Assembly (NCBI GenBank): GCA_964187785.1
Contig: OZ076409.1
Span: 74,154,001 to 74,218,000, forward strand
Direction of reading: 5' to 3'
DNA from: Amphiscolops sp. MND2022
Taxonomy: Eukaryota
Length of the DNA: 64,000 nt
In this document: positions 11,579 to 26,500 of the stretch, piece after piece
Numbering within the stretch: the stretch's first letter is position 1
How the letters are laid out: each line of letters opens with the position of its first letter
The notes under the pieces: generated by a model
Told to the model about the DNA's origin: nothing
Databases searched by the model: none
What the model saw: the letters and a program-made list of their open reading frames with translations, nothing else
Translations under genes and position numbers: made by a program

Positions 11579-14500
11579 GTGGCCACGACCATGGTTTCTT
11601 GCGTATCTTGTCGAATCCTTTGTCGTTGCCGGCCGGGGAGGGACCCGTTTGCCGGCGTGTGTAGTGTGGGGCCCCCATACCCAAAAAGTGGTATTTTTTT
11701 CAGAGATCTCAAAATTGGCCCGTCAGAATTGCCTGAAATTTGGCATGAGGCTCCCAATTGGGGAAAAAATAAGAAGTGTAGGAGGCGACTTGTTCGGGTA
11801 AATATTGTATGTTGACTTTTGGCCAAAATAGTGTTCCCCCCCAACATGGGCAAAATCACATGAGGTGTAAAAATATGATCACAACTTTTGAACCTTTGGA
11901 TTTAGGGGTACGGTCGTGGACCACATTAAGCAAGAGCTTTGGTGAGCGGGTAGGATAGATGGGTTTTGATCCCAGTACCTTCAACCACTTTTGAGAAATT
12001 AACGTTTCAAACAAACATCCGGGAGGTATATGTAGCCCCTGAAGGCAGGTTTTTCGCCATTTTCAATGTGAAGGAGTGGGTTTAGCGCAACGTGTGTGGG
12101 GTGCTTTTTTGTTGCCCGTGTGCGGAGCGTTGTATAGAGGTGCTGGTTGTTGAAATTGGAAAAGTTGGTAAAAAGTTATACCTATACCCCCCCTACTGTC
12201 TCTGCCATTCAATTTTTTTTTCAACTTCAGGCCTCCCAAAGGTGAGAAACTTCCACACAACTAGTATTGCAAGTGAATGCATGTGGAAAGTACTCGGATA
12301 GACGAGAAAAATGAGCTATAGAACGACTCTGGAGCTCAACTTGACGTTGACTTATGACATTTTGAGTGTGAGCTTGCTATGTGAGAAAAAAATTCAAAAT
12401 TGAAAATCGAAGCTAAGTCTCATCCAAAACTCATCGAAATACGTTCAATCCATCCCAAAGCGGATTAATTCCAGATATATAGTGCAGCAACACTATTCAA
12501 GACCATTTGACACAATTTTACTAGTTTTGACATTGTATTATTCATCCGAGAGCACAAAACAGTTGGGTACATTCCATCTCCCTTTCGGGGGAGATGAGAA
12601 TGTACCCGCTAAATGACACGCACCATGGCCTAATTTTTACCTTTATGCGACGTTTTCTAGGCTTTCGCGCAAGCCCACTAATATTTAGACTGGTTTCTTT
12701 CTCTTTCACTCCAAACTCTCCGTCCGTACTAACCACCTTACACACCACCAGCAGCTCAACGACACATCTGTAACGTCAACGCCACATACTCGCATCAACG
12801 CCCACCGTCCGTGGGCATGCCGAGGCATGCCCTTCGACGACGTATGCCCGTTGTCACAACAGGGCGCCCCTACATTCTCTAGGTGCCCGGATTTCTATTC
12901 ATTAAAGTATGTTGCGCGTGTGGGTAGGGCCCCTGGCGCGCTCTTGTGTCCCTGTTCTCATAACTGCAATTTCCGGCAGCATTCTGAGCGATTTTCTAAA
13001 CTATCCATACGATTCGGCTGAAATTTGGCATGTGAGTTCCTATGACAGTTCTAAGAAACATTTCCTACTGGCGTTTTGCCCGGAAAATTTTTTTTGTTGA
13101 CTTATAACGGTTTTTTTGGCCAAAAAATGCAATTTTTTCAAAAAAAATTTTTTTCGGACCCCATATCTTTTTTCAGGGTGCCCGGAGCGGGACGCGTTAA
13201 ACTGATTATAAACTCTACGGTTCATGGGCTTTACGGAGAACCTAGGCTCTTTTCGATCGGACAAATAGTCTTGGAGATATAACGGAATTTTTTGGGAATT
13301 TTTTGGAAATTTTTCTAACGGTCCAGCTTATCTTTGCCATTTTTTCGAAAATGTACTCGCCTAAAGGCCTCCCCTGGCCGGTTTTAATCCCAGCAAAACC
13401 ATTTGGCCCTAAATACGGAGTTTCAGCGTTCCAGCATTCCCGGGCGAAAAGTTGTGGGACTTAGAAAAATTTCAAAATTTTTCAAAAATTTTTTTTCCGT
13501 TTTCCGCCCTCCCCCCCGAGGGGAAAAGACCCCCCAACCAGTAATTTGAGTGAATTCATGTGGAAAGGCCATGTTTAGAGGAGAAAAATGCCGTTTAGAT
13601 TGTCTTTTTATTTTAACCTGTCGTTGACTTATGTTGTTTTGAAGGTGACCGTTAGATGTGTGAAGCATGTGAAATGTTAGTATTATGTGTCCTGAAAGCC
13701 ATTGAGATACAAGCTGTATTGTTCAAATCGTGTTTTATAGTAGTTCCCTAGTGAATTGGGTGTTTTTGGAAAAAAATATTATCAAATAAAGAAAATGTTT
13801 GTGTTTTTATTCAATTTTATCTCATCTTTTAACTTGAAACAGTTGAGTACATTCCATCTCCCTTCCCGGGGGAGATGAGAATGTACTCGTTAAAGGCCGA
13901 GCACTACAGACATTGTCTTCCACAACACATAAAAGACTGCAAATGGAATTAGTTTCTATGAAAATTTCGTTTTTTTGCACTCTGACTCGGCATGCTGAAC
14001 GACGGTTCTTACCATACGTTTCCATACTACCACAACACATCCCTAACGTCAGCGCCCCATACTTTACACCAACGCCCCCCGTCCGTGGGCATGCCGAGGC
14101 ATGCCCTTCGACGACGTGCACCAAAATATGCTCCCAAGCGCGGTAGCAGCTAGGTGCCGGTGTTTTTCACGACAAAGAAAGTTGCGCGCTTTGGGTAGGG
14201 TCCCGGCGCGCTTTTGGGGTTCATTTTAACAACCTGATCTCCCGTTGCACGTATGTCCGATTTTCCAAACTATCCTACCAATTTTGCTGAAATTTTGCAT
14301 GTGGGTCCCTATGGACATTCTAAGAACAAATCCCTACTGGCGTTTTGCCCGGAAAATTTTTTTTGTTGACTTATTGACAATTTTAGGTGCCGAAAATGAC
14401 GTTTTTTCAAAAAAAAATTTTTTAAGAGCCCATATCTCGCTCCCAGGTGCCCGGAGCGGGTCGCATGTGGACGTTGATATTGCTAGGCACTTCGTAAGGA

Positions 14501-17500
14501 GTCTGTAGACAAATTTCGGTTCAGATTGGATGAAAATTGATTGAGTAATAGCCGCAAATTGGACGCATTTTGTCAAATTTTTTCGAAACCCCAGTCTATC
14601 TCTGCCGTTTTTTGCCCAGATTTTTTTCTAGACCCTCTCCTAAAGGCCTCCCCTGGCCGGATTACCTCCCAGCAAAACCATTTGGCCCTAAATACGAAGT
14701 TTCAGCGTTCTAGCATTCTCGGGCGAAAAGTTGTGGGACTTAGAAATTTTTTTTTGAAAACGCAAAATGTGTAAAGTCAACTTCAGGCCTCCCAAAGTCA
14801 AGGAACTTCCACACAACTAGTATTGCAAGTGAATGCATGTGGAAAGTACTCGGATAGACGAGAAAAATGAGCTATTATAAATCTCTGTAGCTTAACCTGA
14901 CGTTGACTTATGACAATTTTAGTGTGAGCTTGCTATGTGAGAAAAAAATTCAAAATTGGAAATCGAAGCTAAGTCTCATCCAAAACTCATCGGAACACGT
15001 TCAATCCATCCCAGAGCGGTTTAATTCCAGCTATATAATGCAGCAACACTATTGAAGACCATTTCATCCACTTACATTAGTTTTGACACCGTATTATTCA
15101 TCCGAGAGCACAAAACAGTTGAGTACATTCCATCTCCCTTTCGGGGGAGATGAGAATGTACTCGCTAAAGTCCAGGTACTACAGCCCATATTTGTTTTTA
15201 TGCGACGCTTTTATGGTTTGTATGCTAGTGCGTACACGTATTAATCTTTTAACATATTTTTTGTCGTCTGCAGTTTGCTTTTGACTTGACATAAACTGAA
15301 CGTTTTGTCCTTAAAACATACACATTACTAACGTCAACGCCCCATCCTTGCATCAACGCCCACCGTCCGTGGGCATGCCGAGGCATGCCCTTCGACGACG
15401 TATACCAAGATATACATAAGCGCGGTAGCCGCTAGGTGCCGGGATTTTCTATTCGACAAGTTTGCGCGCCTTGGGGAGGGTCCCTTTGCGCGCTTTAAGA
15501 TCCAGGTGTTTCCAACTCCTAAACGGGCATGTGATTTCGACGATCTCCTAAACTAGCCATACGATTTGGCTGAAATTTGGCACACGTACCCCCCTCGGCA
15601 CGGTGAAGATGATTCCCTACTGACGTTTTTCCCGCTAAACATTTTTTGTTGACCAAAATAACGGTTTTTGGGGTAAAATTTTCAACTTTTTTTAAGTTTC
15701 ATCTTATATCTCGCCACGGGTACACGCTAGCGCTTCCAAACCTTGCTGACGAAAGTTTGCAAACTGTCTCAGGAATGCTGTGTGAAATTTTCAGCTCAAT
15801 CGGACTCAAACTCGAGGAGATATAGCGTTTTTCCGGAGCGGGGGGGTTTCATTTTTCTAACGGTCCAGCTTATCTTTGCCATTTTTTCGAAAATGCACTC
15901 GCCTAAAGGCCTCCCCTGGCCGGTTTTACTCCCAGCAAAACCATTTGGCCCTAAATACGGAGTTTCAGCGTTCAAGCATTCCTGGGCGAAAAGTTGTGGG
16001 ACTTAGAAAAGTTCAAAAATTTTCAAAAATTTTTTTTCCGTTATTTGGGCCCCCAAAGTGGGGGAAAAGACCCCCCAACCAGTAAGGCAAGTGAATGCAT
16101 GTGCAAAGCCCTTGTTTAGACGAGAAAAATGCCGTTTAGAACGTCTTTTTATCTTAACTTGACATTGACTTTTGTCGTTTTGAAGGTGACCGTTAGATAC
16201 GGAAAATTGATGTTTTGAGTATTTATCCCATCTGAAAGCCATTGAGATACAACATCTTTTGCTCAAAACGTGTTTCATTGCAGTTTCGCTGTCCCTTATC
16301 ACCCTTTGGTGTCTTTTCACGTAATTTTCGTTTCTATAATAACAATTTTTTTGTGTATTTATTCATTTTTTTTCATCAAATAACTTGAAACAGTTGAGTA
16401 CATTCCATCTCCCTTCCTGGGGGAGATGAGAATGTACTCGCTAAAGGTCAGGAACTACGGTCTATATCTTCCACAACACAAAAGGGATTGCAAATGGTTT
16501 CAGTTTGTCGCAGAAAACTTCTTTTTGCCCTCTGTGACTCGACAAAATGAACGTTTCTTACTTACTTTGAAACTCAGCATACCACAACTCATCTCTAACG
16601 TCAGCGCCCCCCTACTTGCATCAACGCCCACCGTCCGTGGGCATGCCGAGGCATGCCCTTCGACGACGTATACCAAGATATACCTGGAGCGCGGTAGCCG
16701 CTAGGTGCCGGTGTCTTTTTACACAATGGGGGAAGTTGCGCGGTTGGGGAGGGTCCCTGACGCGCTTCCGTGAGATCAGGTTTTTCAACTAGTGAAATCG
16801 ACAAAGAAAATTGAGATCTCGTAAACTAGCCATACGATTTGGCTGAAATTTGGCACACGTACCCCCCTCGGCACGGTGAAGATGATTCCCTACTGACGTT
16901 TTGCTCGCTAAACATTTTTTGTTGACCAAAATAACGGTTTTTGGGGTAAAATTTTCAACTTTTTTTAAATTTCATCTTATATCTCGCCACGGGTTTACGC
17001 TAGCGCTTCCAAATCTTGCTGACGAAACCTTGCAAACTGTCTCAGGAATGCGGTGTGAAACTTTCAGCTCAATCGGACTCAAACTCGGGGAGATATAGCG
17101 TTTTTCCGGAGCGGGGGGGTTTCATTTTTCTAACGGTCCAGCTTATCTTTGCCATTTTTTCGAAAATGCACTCGCCTAAAGGCCTCCCCTGGCCGGTTTT
17201 ATTCCCAGCAAAACCATTTGGCCCTAAATACGGAGTTTCAGCGTTCCAGCATTCCCGGGCGAAAAGTTGTGGGACTTAGAAAATTTCAAAAATTTTCAAA
17301 ATTTTTTTTTCCGTTATTTGGGCCCCCAAAGTGGGGGAAAAGACCCCCCAACCAGTAAAGCAAGTGAATGCATGTGCAAAGCCCTTGTTTAGAGGAGAAA
17401 AATGCCGTTTAGAACGTCTTTTTATCTTGGCTCAACGTTGACTTATGACGTTTTGAAGGTGATGTTTGGAGGTGTAAAGCACGTGAATAGTAAACGTTAT

Positions 17501-20500
17501 GAGTATTTATCTGATCTGAAAGCCATTGAGATGCAATATGGTTTGCTCAAAACGTAATTCATTGCAGTTTGGCAATCAATCAACACCCTTTGTTGTCGTT
17601 TGACATTTTTTTTGTTGTTATAATAAAAAATTTTGTGTATTTATTCATTTTTTTCTCTTCAAATAGCTTGAAACAGTTGAGTACATTCCATCCCCCCTTC
17701 CGGGGGAGATGAGAATGTACTCGCAAAAAGCACCGAACTACGGCCCTTACCTTCCCGAGCTACGCAGTATAAGGATTACATATTGGTTCCGACATTTTCA
17801 TAGAGTTAAATCTTGGTAATCTGTCTGGATATGCAGAAAAATCAGCACGTGCCTTTCAATACCAAGTTGCTTACAACGACAATTATTTTATATCAACGCC
17901 CCCATGTTTATCAACGCCCCCCGTCCGTGGGCATGCCGAGGCATGCCCTTCGACGACGTATACCAAGATATACATAAGCGCGGTAGCCGCTAGGTGCCGG
18001 TGTTTTTTTACACAATGGGGGAAGTTGCGCGGTTGGGGAGGGTCCCTGACGCGCTTCCGTGGTATCGGGTCTTTCAACCGATGAAAACGACATAAAAAAT
18101 TGGGATCTCGTAAACTAGCCATACGATTTGGCTGAAATTTGGCACACGTACCCCCCTCGGCACGGTGAAGATGATTCCCTACTGACGTTTTTCCCGCTAA
18201 ACATTTTTTGTTGACCAAAATAACGGTTTTTGGGGTAAAATTTTCAACTTTTTTTAAATTTCATCTTATATCTCGCCACCGGTTTACGCTAGCGCTTCCA
18301 AACCTTGCTGACGAAAGTTTGCAAACTGTCTCAGGAATGCTGTGTGAAATTTTCAGCTCAATCGGACTTAAACTCGGGGAGATATAGCGTTTTTCCGGAG
18401 CGGGGGGGTTTCATTTTTCTAACGGTCCAGCTTATCTTTGCCATTTTTTCGAAAATGCACTCGCCTAAAGGCCTCCCCTGGCCGGTTTTATTCCCAGCAA
18501 AACCATTTGGCCCTAAATACGGAGTTTCAGCGTTCTAGCATTCCCGGGCGAAAAGTTGTGGGACTTAGAAAATTTCAAAAATTTTCAAAAAAATTTTTTT
18601 CCGTTATTTGGGCCCCCAAAGTGGGGGAAAAGACCCCCCAACCAGTAAAGCAAGTGAATGCATGTGCAAAGCCCTTGTTTGGACGAGAAAAATGCCGTTT
18701 AGAACGTCTTTTTATCTTGGCTCAACGTTGACTTATGACGTTTTGAAGGTGATGTTTGGAGGTGTAAAGCACGTGAATAGTAAACGTTATGAGTATTTAT
18801 CTGATCTGAAAGCCATTGAGATGCAATATGGTTTGCTCAAAACGTAATTCATTGCAGTTTGGCAATCAATCAACACCCTTTGTTGTCGTTTGACATACTT
18901 TTTTGTTGTTATAATAAAAAATTTTGTGTATTTATTCATTTTTTTCTCATCAAATAACTTGAAACAGTTGAGTACATTCCATCCCCCCTTCCGGGGGAGA
19001 TGAGAATGTACTCGCAAAAAGCACCGAACTACGGCCCTTACCTTCCCGAGCTACGCAGTATAAGGATTACATATTGGTTCCGACATTTTCATAGAGTTAT
19101 ACCTTGGTAATCTGTCTGGATATGCCGAAAAATCAGCACGTGCCTTTTAATACCAAGTTGCTCACAACAACAATTCTTTTATATCAACGCCCCCATATTT
19201 ATCAACGCCCCCCGTCCGTGGGCATGCCGAGGCATGCCCTTCGACGACGTATACCAAGATATGCGTTAACGCGTTAGCCTAGGTGCCGGGATTTCTATTC
19301 GATAAAGTATGTGGCGCGCCTTGGGTAGGGTCCCTTGCGCGCTCTTGGGTATGGTGTTCACCAGCTAGGAAATAGGGGTCGATTTTTCGGGATCTCCTAA
19401 ACTAGCCACACGATTTGGCTGAAATTTGGCACACGTACTCCCCTCGGCACGGTGAAGATGATTTCCTACTGACGTTTTTCCCGCAAAATTTTTTTTGTTG
19501 TCCAAAATAACGGTTTTTGGGGTAAAATTTTGAATTTTTTTTAAATTTTATCTTATATCTCGCCACGGGTTTACGCTAGCGCTTCAAAACTCTGCTAAAG
19601 AAAGCTCGCAAACTGTCTCAGGAATGCGGTGTGAAATTTTCAGCTCAATCGGATCTAAACTCAGGGAGATATAGCGTTTTTCCGGAGCGGGGGGGTTTCA
19701 TTTTTCTAACGGTCCAGCTTATCTTTGCCATTTTTTCGAAAATGCACTCGCCTAAAGGCCTCCCCTGGCCGGTTTTATTCCCAGCAAAACCATTTGGCCC
19801 TAAATACGGAGTTTCAGCGTTCCAGCATTCCCGGGCGAAAAGTTGTGGGACTTAGAAAAGTTCAAAAATTTTCAAAAATTTTTTTTTCGGTTTTCCGCCC
19901 TCCCCCCCTAGGGGAAAAGACCCCCCAACCAGCAATTTGAGTGAATTCATGTGGAAAGGCCATGTTTAGAGGAGAAAAATCCCGTTTAAATCGTCTTTTT
20001 ATCTTTATTCAACGTTGACTTATGACGTTTTGAAGGTGATGTTTGGAGGTGTGAAGCACGTGAAAAGTAAACGTTATGAGTATTTATCTGATCTGAAAGC
20101 CATTGAGATGCAACCTGTTTTGCTCAAAACGTAATTCATATCAGTTTGGTAGTCAATCAACACCCTTTGTTGTCATTTGACATCTTTTTTTGTTGATATA
20201 AGAAAAAATTTCGTGTATTTATTCATTTTTTTCTCATCAAATAACTTGAAACAGTTGAGTACATTCCATCCCCCCTTCACGGGGGAGATGAGAATGTACT
20301 CGCAGAAAGCCCCGAACTACGGCCCTTACCTTCCTGAGCTACGCAGTATAAAGATTGCATATTGGTTCCGACATTTTGATAGAGTTATATCTTGGTAATC
20401 TGTCTGGGTATGCAGAAAAACCAGCACGTGCTTTTTTATACCAAGTTGCTCACAACGACATTTATTTTATATCAACGCCCCCATATTTATCAACGCCCCC

Positions 20501-20570
20501 TGTCCGTGGGCATGCCGAGGCATGCCCTTCGACGACGTATACCAAGATATGTTCGAGCGCGTTAGCCTAG

Positions 20571-23500
20571 GTGCGGGGGGGAAACCCCAACAAAAATTTT
20601 GGAGGATTCGGGTAGGGTCCTGAATCCGAGTTCAGTGCTGCCAGCTTTCGTTAAGAAAATTTGGATAGGATTCGGGATCTCGTGATCTAACCATAGGATT
20701 TTAAAGTTGGAGCGGCCCCCACCAGATTTTCCGAAAATTAGCGCCCCCCACCGGGTTCCATACCCCGGAAAATTTTTTTCTGGCCACACGGGCGACCGTT
20801 AGGGGGTCATTTTAGGGGTAAAATTCATATTGGGCCACATAACTTTTTTTCGGTTGATTTAAAACTTTGGGACCCTGCTAAAAGTTTCTTGACCGTGTTG
20901 CAAGGGCTCCGGAGGTCCAAACCAAATTTTTCTATCTTGAAGCTATCTCCAAGTACCCCCCCGCCCAAAACGTTATTTTTCCGGAAACGCAGGTTTTTGA
21001 CCCGGAAGGAGTCGTCGGAGCGCGGGGTCGTTAGGTGATGTATTGGGGACGGCCTTGAGACGAAGTGGGGGACATGCAGTTTGCCAACCCCAGTTTACCC
21101 CCCGGACGGGAAATGACCGTTATACGAGCGGGAAAATTGCCCCCCTCCACGTTTAACCGCTATTTCCGGTGTGAAGGAGTGGGAGTAGCGCGTCGGGTGC
21201 CATATATCAAAAGTAGGTTTAGACAAGGATCTATCGGAAACATGTGGTTTGGGACCCCCTAGACCAACCCGTTAGCAGGAAATGGGGCTTCCGGCCCGTT
21301 TTTTTACGGTTAAAAACGGAAAATGGGCATTGAGGGGTAAATATCTCGTGAACGCGTGGAGCTACGGTGTCCTTCACTACTTCAAGGTTTCATACCCATG
21401 ATATGGTGCCTTCAGGGGGGCAAACAGATTTCCGCTATCTATCACCGTTACGGACTTGGCCCCCCAGCCTAACCGCTATGTGACCGGAAATGTCATATTT
21501 TGAGCCCAAAGGGTCGGTCCCAGCCAGGGAACGTTAGGTAACTTATTGTAGTACTCATTGAGACGAGTTAGGGGACATAGTTTTAGTCACCCCCCGTTAC
21601 CCCTTGGGACCGGAAATGACCGTTATGTGGGTAAATTGGCATTTTTTGTACTTTTTGAAGGGCATTTAGATGCGGAAGGAGTGGTAATAGGTGCTTGGAC
21701 ACTATATGAAGGAAGGGAGGACGTGAGGCGAGCATTCGGAAGTAACCGTTATGTTGACCCTAAAGTCCCCCTGGTACCGGAAGTGACCCGTAATGGTCGA
21801 ATTTTGTGTTTAAAGGGTACAAATGTTTGGTGTTTTATGGATAACAGTACCTATTAGGTGTTTCGACGGTCTGCAGTCGTGAACATAGTCATGAAACCTT
21901 GTGGGGGGTAACGGTATATAGCACCGGAAGTCCAAACCGTTGGAGACAGGATAAGTTTTTTGGTTTTAAAATGTCTTTCGGCCTACTTTTGTTGACTATT
22001 ATGGACTATCTTTGAAAAATAAAGTTTTTCCATATAGTTTCAGAGACTCCGAAACCTCAACCAACATAACCGTTACCTTATGATAGCCTTTCAAGTTGGC
22101 CTGGTGTCAACTTGGAAGGGCTATCCTTCAAAAATCATTAATCAAGTGTGTTTTTGAGTATGTTTGTATTACTTTAGAATCAATTAGAGCTTCAGGAAAA
22201 GTTTGCCAACGATAGAAACTATGTCGTGATGATTCCGTTATTAGAATAATAGTTAACAAAAAATTTATAAAGTTGATTTTTTACACTTTAAATGTGTTCT
22301 AAATGCCAGAAAACCTCTTTACCAAACAAATGGAATTGATTGAATTGTATATAACAGCTAATAAAACTTCAAATTGAATATTAGGTTTCATTATGGAAGC
22401 TGAAATGTCATATTATAGTTTCAATAATGTCAACGCCACATACTTTACATCAACGCCCACCGTCTGTGGGCATGCCGAGGCATGCCCTTCGACGACGTAT
22501 ACCAAATTCCTCCAACACAACACCCCCGAGCGCGGTAGCAGCTAGGTGCGGGGGGGTAACCCCAACAAATATATTGGAGGATTCGGGTAGGGTCCTGAAT
22601 CCGATTTTAACTCTAATAGCTATCGATAGGAAATCGTGCAAAAATTTCGGGATCTCGTGATCTAACCATAGGATTTTAAAGTTGGAGCGGCCCCCACCAG
22701 ATTTTCCAAAGTTATTCGCCCCCCACCGGGTTCCAGCGTGATTGAAATATTTTGACGGGGTACACGGGCGACCGTTAGGGGTCATTTTGGGGGTAAAATT
22801 TATATCCGGTCGCATAACTTTTTTCCTGTTGGTTTAAAACTTTGGGACCCTGCTAAAAGTTTCTTGACCGTGTTGCAGTGGCTCCGGAGTTCCAAACCAA
22901 ATTTTTCTATCTTGAAGCTATCTCCAAGTACCCCCCCGCTCAAACCGTTATTTTTCCGGAAACGCAGGTTTTTGACCCGGAAGGAGTCGTCTGAGCGCGG
23001 GGTCGTTAGGTGATGTTTTGGGGACGGCCTTGAGACGAAGTGGGGGACATGTAGTTTGCCAACCTCAGTTTACCCCCCGGACGGGAAATGACCGTTATAT
23101 GAGCGGGAAAATTGCCCCCCTCCACGTTTAACCGCTATTTCCGGTGTGAAGGAGTGGGAGTAGCGCGTCGGGTGTCATATATCAAAAGTAGGTTTAGACA
23201 AGGACCTATCGGAAACATGTAGTTTGGGACCCCCTGGTCCAACCCGTTAGCGAGAAATGGCGCTTCCGCCTCCTTTTTTTACTGCTAAAACCGTAAAATG
23301 GGCATTGAGGGGTAAATATCTCGTGAACGCGTGGAGCAATCGTGTCCATCACTACTACAAGGTTTCATACCCATGATATGGTGCCTTCAGGGGGGCAAAC
23401 AGATTTCCGCTATCTATCACCGTTACCGACTTGGCCCCCCAGCCTAACCGCTATGTGACCGGAAATGTCACTTTTTGAGCCCAAAGGGTCGGTCCCAGCC

Positions 23501-26500
23501 GGGGAACGTTAGGAAACTTATTGTAGTACTCAATGAGACGAGTTGGGGGATATAGTTTCAGTCACCCCCCGTTACCCCTTGGGACCGGAAATGACCGTTA
23601 TGTGGGTAAAATTGCAATTTTTATACTTTTTCAAGTGTATTTAGGTGCGGAAGGCGTGGTAATAGGTGCTTGGACACTATATGAGGTAAGGGAGGACGTG
23701 AGGCGAGCATTCGGAAATAACCGTTATGTTGACCCTAAAGTCCCCCTGGTACCGTAAACGACCGGAAATGGTCAAATTTTGTGTCTATTGGGTACAAATA
23801 ATTATTATTTTGTAGATAAAAGTTTCTTTTAGGTGTTTCGACGGTCTGCAATAGTGAACATAGTCATGAAACCTTGTGGGGGGTAACGGGGTATATAGCA
23901 CCGGAAGTCCAAACCGTTGGACACAGGATAGGTTTTTGGTTTGAAAATGTCTTTCGGCGTACTTTTGTCGACTATTATGGACTATTATTAAAAATTAAAG
24001 ATTTTCCATATAGTTTCAGAGACTCCGAAACCTCAACCAACATAACCGTTACATTTTGATAGCCTTTCAAGTTGGCCTGGTGTCAACTTGGAAGCGCTAT
24101 CCTTCTGAAATCGTTAATCAAGAGTGTTTTTGGGTAGGTATATATTGCATTAGTACCAATTAGAGCTTCATCAACAGTGTATCAACGACAAAAACTATGC
24201 CGTCATGATTCCGTTATCAGAATCATAGTGAGCAAATTGTTGAAAAAAATGGTTTTTTCCATACAAAATGTGTCCTAAATGCCAGGAAACCTATTTACCT
24301 AACAAATGGTATTAATTGGAATGTATGTAACAGAGTTATAAAAGTTCAAGTTGAATATTACATTTCATTATGGAAGCTGAAACGTCATATTTTAGTTTAA
24401 TTAACGTCCACGCCACATACTTTACATCAACGCCCACCGTCTGTGGGCATGCCGAGGCATGCCCTTCGACGACGTATACCAAATACATACCCAAACGACG
24501 CCCGTACATCCCGGGCTAGGTGCGGGGGGGAAACCCCATCCCTTATCTTGGAGGATTCGGGTAGGGTCCTGAATCCGAGTTCAGTGCCGCCAGCTCTCAG
24601 TAGAAATCTGGGAAATTTTTTGCGATCTCGTGATCTAACCATAGGATTTTAAAGTTGGAGCGGCCCCCACCAGATTTTCCAAAGTTATTCGCCCCCCACC
24701 GGGTTCCAGCGTGATTGAAATATTTTGTCGGGGTACACGGGCGACCGTTAGGGGTCATTTTGGGGGTAAAATTTATATCCGGTCGCATAACTTTTTTCCT
24801 GTTGGTTTAAAACTTTGGGACCCTGCTAAAAGTTTCTTGACCTTGTTGCAGTGGCTCCGGAGGTCCAAACCAAATTTTTCTATCTTGAAGCTATCTCCAA
24901 GTACCCCCCCGCCCAAACCGTTATTTTTCCGGAAACGCAGGTTTTTGACCCGGAAGGAGTCGTCTGAGCGCAGGGTCGTTAGGTGATGTATTGGGGACGG
25001 CCTTGAGACGAAGCGGGGGACATGTAGTTTGCCGACCCCAGTTTACCCCCCGGACGGGAAATGACCGTTATATGAGCGGAAAAAATGCCCCCCTCCACGT
25101 TTTACCGCTATTTCCGGTGTGAAGGAGTGGGAGTAGCGCGTCGGGTGTTATATAACAAAAGTAGGTTTAGACAAGGACCTATCGGAAACATGTAGTTTGG
25201 GACCCCCTGGACCAACCCGTTAGCGGGAAATGGGGCTTCCGCCTCCTTTTTTTACTGCTAAAACCGTAAAATGGGCATTGAGGGGTAAATATCTCGTGAA
25301 CGCGTGGAGCAATCGTGTCCATCACTACTACAAGGTTTCATACCCATGATATGGTGCCTTCAGGGGGGCAAACAGATTTCCGCTATCTATCACCGTTACC
25401 GACTTGGCCCCCCAGCCTAACCGCTATGTGACCGGAAATGTCACTTTTTGAGCCCAAAGGGTCGGTCCCAGCCGGGGAACGTTAGGTAACTTATTGTAGT
25501 ACTCAATGAGACGAGTTGGGGGATATAGTTTCAGTCACCCCCCGTTACCCCTTGGGACCGGAAATGACCGTTATGTGGGTAAATTTGCATTTTTTGTACT
25601 TTTTGAAGGGCATTTAGATGCGGAAGGAGTGGTAATAGGTGCTTGGACACTATATGAGGTAAGGGAGGACGTGAGGCGAGCATTCGGAAATAACCGTTAT
25701 GTTGACCCTAAAGTCTCCCTGGTACCGGAAGTGACCCGTAATGGTCAAATGTCGTGTTTTTAGGGTACAAATGTTCGGTGTTTTATGGATTAAAGTACAG
25801 GTTAGGTGTTTTCACGGTCTGCAGTAGTGAACATAGTCATGAAACCTTGTGAGGGGTAACGGTATATAGCACCAGAAGTCCAAACCGTTGGAGACAGGAT
25901 AAGTTTTTTGGTTTTAAAATGTCTTTCGGCCTACTTTTGTCGACTATTATGGACTATTTTTGGAAAATAAAATTTTTCCAAATAGTTTCAGAGACTCCGA
26001 AACCTCAACCAACATAACCGTTACCTTATGATAGCCTTTCAAGTTGGCCTGGTGTCAACTTGGAAGGGCTATCCTTCAAAAATCATTAATCAAGGGTGTT
26101 TTTGAGTATGTTTGTATTACTTTAGAATCAATTAGAGCTTCAAGAAAAGATTGCCAACGACAAAAACTATGTCGTGATGATTCCGTTATTGGAATAATAG
26201 TTAACAAAATATTGATAAAGTTGATTTTTTACATTTTAAATGTGTTCTAAATGCCAAAAAACCTCTTTACCAAACAAATGGAATTGATTGAATTGTATAT
26301 AGAAGCTAATAAAAGTTCAAATTGAATATTACATTTCATTATGCAAGCTGAAACGTCATATTGTAGTTTAGTTAACGTCAACGCCACATACTTTACATCA
26401 ACGCCCACCGTCCGTAGGCATGCCGAGGCATGCCTTTCGACGACGTATACCAGATTCCACCCACACAACACCCCCGAGCGCGTTAGCAGCTAGGTGCGGG

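Larger units (their letters stand above)
1..20570 (+). mobile_element. Block of ~1.3-kb units (several subfamilies, plus one 1390-bp outlier at 10189-11578)
   Basis: Unit lengths are 1269-1310 bp. Most share the core CCTAAAGGCCTCCCCTGGCC...CCATTTGGCCCTAAATACG...GTTGTGGGACTTAG (e.g. 416-520), the motif CGTTGACTTATG (677-688), an internal hairpin and the terminal palindrome. Confidence 0.8.
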
